From the NCBI GenBank assembly GCA_030167865.1, contig JALAGF010003737.1, forward strand, positions 1-32,415: a DNA stretch of 32,415 nucleotides, written 5' to 3'. Positions 17,772 through 28,051 of the stretch are shown here, piece by piece. This DNA is from Craspedostauros australis (taxonomy: Eukaryota). The position numbers and the translations under genes are program-made. The stretch's first letter is position 1, and each line of letters starts with the position of its first letter. The notes beneath the pieces were generated by a model. That model was not told where the DNA came from. It did no database searches and saw nothing but the letters and a program-made list of their open reading frames with translations.

Positions 17772-18476
17772 TCACACAATCTCAACCACCGCACCGACCG
17801 CTTCCAATTGCGCCTTGAGTTCTTCCGCCTGATCGGGTGCCATATCCTTCTGCACCGTCTTGGGCACGCCATCCACCATGGCCTTGGCATCCTTCAATCC
17901 CAATCCCGTGATGGCGCGCACTTCCTTGATGACCTTGATCTTGGCCTTGGCATCGAAACCCACGAGCTTGACCTCCTTGCGTGTATCTTCCTCTGTCGTC
18001 TCTTTGGCCACCGCGACGGTGGCACTGCCGCCACCGCCCGCGAATCGAGCGGGATCGACACCCATCGCTTCATGAATGAGTTGCGTCAGCAAGTGCAGTT
18101 CGATGAAATCGAGCCACAGGATGCGTTGGAACAGGTCTTCGATCTTTTGATGCGATGCCTGCGACAGAGGTGTTGGTGGGGTGAAGGCGTATTGCACTAT
18201 CGGTTCCTCCTCATCATCATTGGTGCTCTCCTTGGAAGCGGCTTCGTCGGAAAGACTTCGCCGTGAAATCGTCATGCATGCATTGTTGCGCAGCAATGCG
18301 GATGCAGAAGATCTGCTGGACATTGTTGTTGTTGCGATGGATCGATTCTGTGTCGAAGAAGGAACGTCGTTGCGCTGCACTGAGGCAGACAGAGATGCTG
18401 CAGCATGTCTATGGATCAGGTTGCGGAGGCTTCGTTTGCCCAAGTTTGAGGATGCTCGCAGGATAGATGGACTCAT
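17772..18476 (-). CDS. rplL: Organellar (probably mitochondrial) ribosomal protein bL12, paralogue 2, 234 aa
   Basis: C-terminal domain [39 protein letters not shown]...AEELKAQLEAVGAVVEI, N-terminal helix KIEDLFQRILWLDFIELHLLTQLI, and a long S/R-rich presequence ending ...ISRRSLS. Confidence 0.9.
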   Translation of the reverse strand: MSPSILRASSNLGKRSLRNLIHRHAAASLSASVQRNDVPSSTQNRSIATTTMSSRSSASALLRNNACMTISRRSLSDEAASKESTNDDEEEPIVQYAFTPPTPLSQASHQKIEDLFQRILWLDFIELHLLTQLIHEAMGVDPARFAGGGGSATVAVAKETTEEDTRKEVKLVGFDAKAKIKVIKEVRAITGLGLKDAKAMVDGVPKTVQKDMAPDQAEELKAQLEAVGAVVEIV

Positions 18477-18724
18477 GATACACCACGTGCACCAATAGCG
18501 TGGAATGGAATGGAGCACGGTCGATTGCGGAGGGAATGTTGGTTTGTCCACGACAACACGTGTTGTTGCAGTCAGTATAATATTCTATGTCGCAAAGGAG
18601 ATTTCTATCGCGAATTAGTGGCAACTGTGGAGTTGTGTGTGGTATTCTACCAATAGAAGTGAACAGTCGATGATCGCTGGGGATGATGAATTGCACTCGA
18701 GCTGTTGCCTGGAGATGGCAGCGA

Positions 18725-18756
18725 CGACTATGATGCGACTATGATGCGACTATGAG
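18725..18756 (+). repeat. 11-bp tandem repeat (CGACTATGATG x about 3) between the divergent bL12 genes
   Basis: cgactatgatg cgactatgatg cgactatgag. Confidence 0.7.
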
Positions 18757-19254
18757 ACGATGATGGTAGGATGATGATGCCAACAGAGTGTTGATCATGG
18801 CGATGATGTGATGGATCGCTGTTGCGTTTGGCCAGAACACGTACATACGGACGGACGCCGCCATTCCACGGTCAAGAAACGAGCCATCGATTTCGCCCAC
18901 ATTCCAACACAAAATCCACATCAACCACATCAACCACATCAACTTGCGCACATCACTTCACTCTCTTCGCTCCGACACAGAGACGCACTGTGGCGCACAA
19001 TCTAATACCAATACTTGCCTGTGGACATCACTGTCAACGACAGCACTCGCAACTCAACCAGTTTGTGTATCATCGTGAAAGGAAGGAAGAAGGGCAACAG
19101 CGACAACGAAGACAACCGAAACAGCGTTGCCAACACTCAGACCTCAAGCGCCAACACAAATACGGTGGATCATTTGATCACGACTGCGAGTCACGAACAT
19201 ATTCTCCACTCTCATCACATTCCATCATATTCCACATCCATCCATCCATCCATC

Positions 19255-19962
19255 ATGATAAACACAGTTCGACGAACATGCTTGTCGCTGGCGATGAGAC
19301 GTCAGCTTGTTACCAGCGCTCCTCGATTTGCCACCTTCGCAGCATCCAGGCTAGCCGCACGACGCGGCACGCGGTCCATCCATTCCACTGCAACCCTCAA
19401 GAAGGACGACGATGATGTTGTGCCGGTCTACCAGAATCCTCTGCATCACAACAATCCCGAACTCGAAAAGATGTTTGAGGAAGATTTCGAGGACGGCGAG
19501 GAGATGCCCATCATCCCGCTGCCACCTCTCAATACGAGCGGCGATCCCAACAAGGTCATGGCACCCGAACATATCCATCAGCTGGCGCATGAGGTCGTGC
19601 ATCTCAACCTGCTGGAAATCCGGGAATTGACGGAAAAAATATCGACGCATTTCGGATTTGATGAGAGTCTGCTGGCGTCCAGCATCGGCGGTGGCGGTGG
19701 TGGCGGCGGTGGTGCAGCGGCGCCTGTCGAGGAGGTCGTCGAAGAAAAGACCAAGTTCGATGTCAAGCTCACCGGCTTCGATGCCAAGTCCAAAATAAAG
19801 GTCATCAAGGAAGTGCGTGCCATGTCTGGATTGGGTTTGAAGGAAGCCAAGGAGCTCGTCGAAGGCGCGCCCAAGACGTTGCAAAAAGATCTGCCCATGG
19901 AGAAGGCAGAGGAATTGAAGGCGAAGCTCGAGGCCGTGGGTGGGACGGTCGAGATCGAGTAG
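19255..19962 (+). CDS. rplL: Mitochondrial ribosomal protein bL12, paralogue 3 (most canonical), 235 aa
   Basis: Presequence [18 protein letters not shown]...RSIHSTATL, canonical N-domain [23 protein letters not shown], poly-G hinge, and C-terminal domain [45 protein letters not shown]. Confidence 0.92.
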   Translation: MINTVRRTCLSLAMRRQLVTSAPRFATFAASRLAARRGTRSIHSTATLKKDDDDVVPVYQNPLHHNNPELEKMFEEDFEDGEEMPIIPLPPLNTSGDPNKVMAPEHIHQLAHEVVHLNLLEIRELTEKISTHFGFDESLLASSIGGGGGGGGGAAAPVEEVVEEKTKFDVKLTGFDAKSKIKVIKEVRAMSGLGLKEAKELVEGAPKTLQKDLPMEKAEELKAKLEAVGGTVEIE

Positions 19963-20650
19963 ACCTTGTTCATACCGCTTGCTTTGTGGAGTTCCGGTAT
20001 TGGTAACACTCGCAGACGCATCGTTGGTTGGCATCGTGCAAATACTTCTGCCTGTGATGTCCGTCACAACAACGAGAGTAGAACATCTCTAACAAATCAT
20101 CGCAAAACACTAATACTACAAAGGCATCTAGATTGACCATCAACGCTGTGCGAGTATGGTTTGGAGTGACACTGGAACGCATTCACACCAAGCCACCAGT
20201 CAAGCATACCGTCACATGGCGAGATAGGTACCGTAGTTGTAAATTGTGGTTGTTGTACTCTATTAGTGTATGATTTATGTTCACTGTACTGCTGCAGGAC
20301 ATCAGGTGTTGCCGAAGGAATCGAAAGAAAAGGGAACGCTGTGGTGAGAATCGCATGTACCAGGTAGCCGCGTGACAGTGTAAAATGTCCACCTCACATC
20401 AAACTTTGTCCACAACCGAATGCATGCGTGGATGAATGAAAGCTCAGAAAAGTTTTGCACGTCGTTATCAACACTATTGGGCTTGAATCCAATTGTCAGA
20501 GACTCTAGTCCGTAAACGATGTTGTTTCGTCATTGCTTTCATTCCGTCAGTCGGTTGGGTTGGGTTGTTGACACCTCCACTCCTCGTACACAGACCAAAT
20601 GAGATGCTTGGACTTACCATACCATACGTTGCTCTGTATTCGCTACGCCA

Positions 20651-23600
20651 TCATCGATAACGCCGCAGCCTCGAGCCGGCTGATAGCCTCGCGGATCTCT
20701 GTTCAATTTGCTGCTGCTGTTGCTTCAACTCGGCCTGCTCCTTGGCAAGCGTTTCCTTCGTCAGGAACTTCTTGAATCGCTGCGTCACGATCGGTTGTCC
20801 CAGCAGCACCGCCAGACGTTTGCGGGCGCGTGTGGCCTCCACCTTCTGGGCCGGCGAGGTCTTGTGGTCATTGGCGTCAGTGTCCAGCATGTCCTCGTCC
20901 AGCTCGATGCCAGCCTCCTGGGCATTCTTGATGAACCACTGGTTGTTGCTCTGCTTCTTGCGTTCATCCTGATCGAACTGCAGAATCTTGGAGGCCAGGT
21001 TCGCGCGTTCTTGGGCTCCCGCGAGCAACCGACCATCGATGCGCAGAGTTTCGAATCGCACGCCGATCGATTCCAGAATCTTGGAGTGGGCCTTGTCTTC
21101 GGCTGGTGCGATCAAGGAGATGCTCGAGCCCACGGCGTTGGGTCCGACGCCGCGCTGTAGTTGTGTGGATGAGCAGATGGATTGCACATGCGTGGCATAA
21201 GTTCATTTGTGCGTCATGATGGTTGGTTCCAATCGATGAGACAGTGGCAATCCAGAGTAGAGCAGTGTAAGTTGTGTGCTTGGTAGGCAACGCATGGTGC
21301 GCGTACGCACAGCGCGATAATGCCTCAGACAGCCAAGGGAATTTTCTCCACATGTTCAGGCTACTACCCCTGATATAATTGTTTCGGAGACTCTAGTCCA
21401 AACTTCCATGTCTTCTTCATCGTCATACTAATACTCATTGAGCACAGGCATCGCATTGCATCGTGTTGTGTCACATTGTGGTTTGTACGTACCGCTGTTC
21501 GACCAGATCGATGGACGAATGTATCGACAGATCGTGCAATGTCGTAGTGAACGACAGAGGAAACGCTTGGGATGTCCAAACCGCGTGCTGCGACGTCTGT
21601 GCAAACGACGACCGCATTTTGGATGGACTTTTGCAAGGATTCGACGGCTCGAAGTCTCGCTTTCTGTGTACGTGTATTGGAATAAAGATAGGGAGCGAGA
21701 GAGAGAAGGAGATGGAGTGGATGAGCGTGGTGAGATTGTGTGTACCCAATGGAAGGATCAAGCATTGCCACGCGCCTCGTTGCTGTCGTTGATATGCTCA
21801 GAGATTGTTCACTATTGGTACCTTCATCGTAAGACAAACACCAACGTGAGACGAACGAAAGGACACAGCGGACGGGACCATTTTGATCACCATCGTTTGC
21901 ATCGCATTTGCTCGCGAATCCCGTTGGTGCTTGTACACCAATGCTCATGTGAAAGAGTTGGACTAAGGGAACCTGTGTTTTCTTCCTCACCGCATACGCC
22001 TGCAGACACAATGAACCAGAGTAAAATGGACCGACTCGACATGGAGTGCAACGGAATGACACGAAGGTGACGTACCTGTTGCATGTTGGCGTGCAGTTGC
22101 CGCACGGGAACACCCAACTTTTGCAAGGTGGCACCCACGCGGCGTACGCCGGCAATGGAGTTGCAAAAGACGAGACACGGTCCGGCACGTCCTTCCTGCG
22201 TTGTGACGAGGTAGGCATACAGATGCGAGTCCTTGTGTCGTTGCGTGCACTTGATATGTTGCAAACGCAAGCCTGGCGGCAGACGCGTGGTGGAGGCGAT
22301 GTGTCGCAGGTTGGCCGTATTGGTGCTGCTGCCGTCGGTGGTGGTGGTCAAATCCACGATCTTCGTTTCGCCGAACACCTTGACCTTCTTGAGGATCTCA
22401 GCGATGGGACCTTCGACTGTTTTGGATTTCGATCGGTGGTTTTGCTTCTGTTTCTTCTTGGACTTGGTGGCGGTTCGTGGCAAGGTCAACGTGGCCGAGT
22501 AGATGAAGGTCTGGCGTTTGACTCGGTTGGCTGATGGGAGCATGTCCATCTCATCGTACTCGACGTCGTTGTCCTCATCTTGCTCACCGTACTGGTCCTC
22601 ATCAAGCTCGCGGATCTCGCCGCTGGTCTCACCGCGTTGTTTGCTGATTTGGGCGAGGATGTCAGGTGAGAGCATCTCGAGCTTGGCTTCGCCACGGATA
22701 CCTGGCAAGGACGGGAGGAAGGCAGTGCCATCCTCATCATCCTCGTCATCGCTGTAGTCTTCATCGATGTCATCCTCCGCGGGATTGGCATCGTGGATAC
22801 GTTGCAGGATCTTCAAGAGCTGCGGGAAGCAATGGTCTTGTGCCATGCGATCCGCCTGTGTGCGTTGTGACAGTGGTTGTGGCGGTGGTTGTGGCGGTGA
22901 TTGGGTGGAAGTGAGGGAACAAGAAGGCAAGGCTAGGCATGTCAGTGAAGAGTCCCAATGCTCTGACGAATCAAAAGAAAAGGAACAGATAGAGATAAGG
23001 CTGAAGCGCTCAGGCCGCCACAACACTCATTGATCACTTACCTCGTCCAAAACAAGGAACTTGAGATGGTCCAATTGATTGACGTGATCGACCGTGGCAT
23101 CCGACATCTGTTGTTGGCGTGAGACAAAATAAAGTGCGTTTGTACGCATGAGTGATTGAGCGTGTGAGTGAGTTCGTCTCTGCATGTGTGTGCAACAGCC
23201 TTTGCAGGAGACATCAAGCAAATCGCAAGTGAGCAATGGCTCCATTTTCACTTGTGCGACGAGTTTCGTTTCGTTTCCATTCGCTTCATCTCATTTGATT
23301 TTCGTTTCATGCTTCCGACTGACGTGCAATTCGAATATAAATCGTCACAAGAATGCACGTAAATACATCTTCGGACGTTTGTGTATTTTGGATATATTCT
23401 TTTTCTTCACTAGCATTGCGATGCCTTGCAAGCGCACGTACCATGGCCCATAGTCGACCGGGCGTCCCGACAATGATATTGGGCTTCGCCTTGAGCAATC
23501 GCTTCTGCTTCACGACGGCGATACCGCCCACGAGACAGGCGCAGTCCTTGGCCTTCGTCAGCAGCTTCTGACATTCGCGTTGAATCTGCATGGCCAGCTC

Positions 23601-24377
23601 GCGCGTCGGCGTGATGATGAGGGCCGTGACGCCGTCGGTGGGATCGTCGTCGCAGAGAATGTGCTGCAGGATGGGCAGCAGGAAGGCCAGCGTCTTGCCA
23701 GAGCCCGTGGGTGCCGCGCCGACCAGATTGCGCTGTCCCAAGATGGATGCCGACAGCGTTGCGCATTGGATGGGCGTCGGCGATGTGTAGTCATGCTGGT
23801 GCAGATGGGAGCACAGTCGTTCGTGCAAGACGACGCCGCCCGTGGAGTTCATCCAGTTGGATTGGATCTGCTGGATGTCCTCCTCTGACGGCGGTTGTTC
23901 CTCGCTGTCGCTGGTTGGTGGAGCATGCTGCGGTTGCTTCTTCTGTGGCTTGGACTTGGAAGATGACGAGGAGGACGCGCCATCCTCCTCTGCCGAGGGA
24001 GCCTGCTTGTCCTTCTTCTTTTTCTTCTTGCGTTTCTTCTTTGAGCATTCCTCCCCTTCCTTCGCAGCCTCGTCCTCGTCAACACCGTCCTGCTGCTGCT
24101 GCTGCTGATGCGGCTGCTCCTTGATCACAAGCTTCTTGATGGAGTCTGACGTCTCCACCAATTCGTACTGATCCGAGGACAGGACCTCCAGCCCGTAGAA
24201 CATGGCGATGTCCTCACCGGGCTGGACGGGCAGATCATCGTTGGCAACGCGCTGCAGCTTGGGATTGTCATAGTGATTGTCGCTCTCCTTGCCGCTGCTC
24301 TGCTTGGTGGGCAGCTCGACCGACACGGAGGTCCATGGTGCGTCCTCCAGTGGACGGCGTTTGCGTTTGTTGGGCAT
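20651..24377 (-). CDS. DDX24: DEAD-box RNA helicase DDX24/Mak5-like, about 818 aa; exons 24377-23442, 23107-23042, 22855-22076, 21663-21493, 21154-20651
   Basis: Motifs: Q (YTSPTPIQ), I (APTGSGKT), Ia (TPTRELA), Ib (GTPGRL), II split by an intron (LVLDE|ADRM), III (SAT), IV (LVFCNS), LHANMQQ|KARL, V ([11 protein letters not shown]), VI (HRSGRTA|R). Four phase-0 GT-AG introns keep the frame. The acidic insert between motifs II and III and the K-rich N-terminus fit the DDX24/Mak5 subfamily. Confidence 0.88.
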
Positions 24378-24721
24378 CGTTCCTCAGATTTGTGAGCAGA
24401 AGTGAAGTGTGGACATCAGTTGTGTGGTTGGACGGCAGAGAAGCATCCATCAAAAACAACAATGAGGGAGATCTTGCGACACACGAAAACGGTTGGTGGC
24501 GGTCATCGCACGAGCAAAGGCCAGACCAACGCAACAAATGGAAGAACGGAACATCTACTCTCGCTCTGTCGAGACGACCATGTTATTGAATCAGACAGAG
24601 CGCGGCACACCAAGATATGCATAAACTACCTATTCTATATCTGATCAATGTATTGTAAACGGCAACTGTCTAATATAGTATAATATTATATAATATATAA
24701 TGGTACGCATACGAACTGACT

Positions 24722-26908
24722 CTACACATCACCATTCTCATCGCGCCGACGCCACACCGTAAAATAATCGCGTTCGGTCTCCCGCTGCGTGCGCCGCGTG
24801 ATGAGAAGGACGGAATCGACGGACATGATCTGCTGCGCGTTCTGCACGCTCGTCGCGAACCCGTTGCCAAAGTTCCACAACGACGCCAATGCGTTCTGCG
24901 TGGACTTGGCATTGACGGGCGTGACGATCCGATCGGACGCGTCGTATCGCAGAGATGCCTGCTGCTCGATGTTGCCGAAGAGTCCGTTCGTGACGCACGA
25001 TGCCTGGCACGTCATGTGCTGCACCGAGATGATCTGCGTCGTGTCGGTCGTGTTGTAGTAGGAGACGCCGTCGCCCTTCTTGTCGGCGAGGAGCTGCAGA
25101 TCCCAGGATCCGTCGAGGTTGGCCAGCATCTGTTCGGACGTGGCGAGGTTGAATTCGTCGGACGAGTAGAGGGGGTTCGTGGGCAGGATGTTCTCGGGTT
25201 GGGACGGCCGGATGGGCACGCCGTCGATGACGGCCGTGGGTTCGAGCTCGGGTTGCTGCGCCACCTTCTCTGCCTCGAGGGCCTCGTCGAAGTGTCTGGA
25301 GATGGATCGCAGGGCCTGCACGACGCGCAGACGCGGCACGGCGCCCTTGCCCGTGGCCTTGAGGAGGATCTGACGCGCCTCGCGGTTGGAGCGCACGACG
25401 GATTCCGTGAGGCGCTTGTAGAAGCTGCCGCTCGTGTCGACGTAGGCCGTGTTGTAGACGTCGTCGAAGTTCTGCGAGATGGTGGCGAGGCCCGTCGTGT
25501 CGATGAAGGTGTTGCGGATCTTCTGTCGCGAGAAGTCGTCGGAGATGTCGCGCATGACCTCCATGGCCTCGAGGCCGTAGAGGAGCTTGCGGGCGTTGTA
25601 CTTGACGTCCTCGTTGCGCGATTTGGTGAGGGTGGAGTAGACCTGGAAGGCCTCCTTGGTCCTGCCGACGGCCTCGTAGGCCATGGCGAGGTCGAGGAAG
25701 ACCTTGGATCCCACGGGCGAGTTGGTGGAGCACCACGGCGTGACCTTCTCCAACACGGACACGGCCGTGGCGTAGACGCCGCGCTGCATGGCGAGGTGGC
25801 CGATCTGCACTGCCTCCTCGATCTGCGTGGCATGCTCCTTCTCGCTGGGCACGTCGATGCCGACCTTCTCTCTGTAATTCTGGAGGAGCTGCTTCGTGCG
25901 CAATTCCGACGCCTCGGAGTCCTCGTTGGAGTAGCCCGGACCAACACGCCTGCCGCCGCCGTAGGCCTTGCTGATGTCCTTGGGACGTGGGAAGGCTCCC
26001 CAGCTTCCCGTCTTTGGCTTGTAGTACTCCGTTGAGTTTTTGTCGTCGGCATCGTCATTCTTGATCCATTTACCGCCGACGCCGCTGGTGAGCTTGGTGT
26101 TTTTATTGCTGCTGTCGGCGGTCGCAGTTGCCGTGGTTGTTTGAGTAGTGGTAGTAGTTGCTGGTGTAGATGACGGCGAAATGAGAGTGGTCGTCGTGAC
26201 AGGTGGTTGATCCGCCTTTTCCGCTGCCCTTTCTGCAAGCTTCTTTGCCACCAAATCCACCAATTCATCATCGCTGAGTTCCGACTTGCCACCATTATCA
26301 TCATTGTTGTTGTTATCGGTATCAGGGCTGTCAAAGAGAGATGGATCGATGATTGGCTTCCTTGTGGCCTTTGATGTTTCTGCTGATGTTTCTGTTGGTG
26401 CCGATTGTGGATCGGCGACATCGATGCCCGCATTGGCAGTGTTGATGATGGGTTGCTCCTGTTCTGGCAATGGATTTGGCAGAGTTCCCAGCGTTCCTCT
26501 CAGACCATCATTGGCACCAATGCTATCGCTATCATCATTGTCAATATCATTGTCAATATCATTGTCAGAATCCAACTCGGCCTGTATCCGTTGCAACTCA
26601 TCATCTGCATCATCTCCATCATCGCCCTCCGAAATGCCCAACATCTTCGTCTTCTTGGCACCAAGCTTGTCCTTGATCTTCTGCGTGTACATGGACATAT
26701 CCGAAGCATCCGTGGGACTTGCATCCTTCAGTCTGCCTTGACGCTTCAATTTCATGATCTTGCGTCGGATCTCATTCTCGCGTGACGATGCGAGGCACAG
26801 CGATGTGCTTCTGCGTGACGCGGGGCGCTGCGTGAAGCCACATGCAGGAGACAGCCATGCGGCGCACACCAGCATGGCGATGCTCAGTCTCATCGTGCGG
26901 TTGTTCAT
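24722..26908 (-). CDS. Plastid-targeted protein with a conserved YKPKxxxWGxFPRPxxISKxxGGGR motif and TPR-like helices, about 728 aa
   Basis: Signal peptide MRLSIAMLVCAAWLSPACG-F followed by an S/R-rich transit peptide (ATG at 26908 or 26893). A low-complexity D/T region precedes YKPKTGSWGAFPRPKDISKAYGGGRRV, a motif I recall from uncharacterised plant chloroplast proteins. TPR-like segment FLDLAMAYEAVGRTKEAFQVYSTL. Confidence 0.8.
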   Translation of the reverse strand: MNNRTMRLSIAMLVCAAWLSPACGFTQRPASRRSTSLCLASSRENEIRRKIMKLKRQGRLKDASPTDASDMSMYTQKIKDKLGAKKTKMLGISEGDDGDDADDELQRIQAELDSDNDIDNDIDNDDSDSIGANDGLRGTLGTLPNPLPEQEQPIINTANAGIDVADPQSAPTETSAETSKATRKPIIDPSLFDSPDTDNNNNDDNGGKSELSDDELVDLVAKKLAERAAEKADQPPVTTTTLISPSSTPATTTTTQTTTATATADSSNKNTKLTSGVGGKWIKNDDADDKNSTEYYKPKTGSWGAFPRPKDISKAYGGGRRVGPGYSNEDSEASELRTKQLLQNYREKVGIDVPSEKEHATQIEEAVQIGHLAMQRGVYATAVSVLEKVTPWCSTNSPVGSKVFLDLAMAYEAVGRTKEAFQVYSTLTKSRNEDVKYNARKLLYGLEAMEVMRDISDDFSRQKIRNTFIDTTGLATISQNFDDVYNTAYVDTSGSFYKRLTESVVRSNREARQILLKATGKGAVPRLRVVQALRSISRHFDEALEAEKVAQQPELEPTAVIDGVPIRPSQPENILPTNPLYSSDEFNLATSEQMLANLDGSWDLQLLADKKGDGVSYYNTTDTTQIISVQHMTCQASCVTNGLFGNIEQQASLRYDASDRIVTPVNAKSTQNALASLWNFGNGFATSVQNAQQIMSVDSVLLITRRTQRETERDYFTVWRRRDENGDV

Positions 26909-28051
26909 CCTGTTGCTGCGGACGCACGGTGGGGCAATCCTCTCCGCCTTGTGTTGGTGGCTGTATTGCACGGATCAGCAGCGTGCACAATGGGAGATGA
27001 ATGAGACGAAGTCAAGCGCAATGCCAATTCTGTTGACACCAACAATGACTGCCCCTCTCGTGCTATCGCAATATGAGAATGTACTCTATTACTATGCCAG
27101 TACGACCTATTGTGTTGCTGTCTTCTCTCTGCCTTCGCCTCTCTCTCAACGTGACGTCTGTCGTGGATGAGCAGATCACAAAGCAGAGGATGTGGTCTCT
27201 CTTCAATTCTCTCAGTCTCCGTTGTGTGGGTGCGTACACACAAACACAAATAGAGTATTGGTATTGGTCCGCCGCTCGTTGCAGATCCTCCCGCTCTGTT
27301 CTGGAAGTGCGTCCGTGTCAACAGAACAGCCAATGAGCGCCGAATCCAGAACGATGTGCGTTGGTGACGTCAAGCATTCGGCCAATCAGGGATTCAATCA
27401 GGTGAGTCAGAATGCCAGATGTTCCGTTTCAATTTATACAAATGTATATATATTGCCGCACCTCCAAGTTCGTGTCTCGGAATTGTTGTTGCAAGTTGAT
27501 GAAGCACGAATGGATGAAGAAAAAATGACGTTCATCCGAGATCACACTTTGGGAGCCTTCGTCTGGTGCTTGTTTGTCACTTTGGGGCTGCACAAAATGT
27601 CACTGTAGGTTGCTAAGCGCGGTCATTCATTCATTGCAAAGAGGATCCAAGATTCGCCACTGGCCTATTTCATTGCGTTCCGTGACACTCACAACCAATC
27701 GGCCTTCACAATTCTCCACCGCCGTTCCCGCGAAGCAAACACACTGTGAATGCTCTTTCCTTCATCGGTCGTGCGTTGAGTTATTCCGCTCTGTGCTTTG
27801 TGTGCGCTTCTGTCGAGCCATAGCAGTCCAGCATCACAAGATGGACTCACGCAACATACTCGACCGAGACGAAAGTGAAGAGTGACAGCCGATACGCCCC
27901 TACTGAGTACCATCGCCCATCTACTTGTCATGCTCCACACGAGCGAGCGGAAGCGTTTCATCATTGGCAGAGCATTGCAAAAGCATTCATTCACTTCGAC
28001 AAGATCGCAGAATCGTCACCACCTATCGCATTATTCAACACAATTGCAAAC

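Noticed and set aside
21992-22000. Possible 9-nt microexon (cag|GCGTATGCG|gtgagg) in helicase intron 3
   Set aside because: Direct splicing already gives the canonical LHANMQQKARL motif; inserting AYA would break the QxxR spacing.
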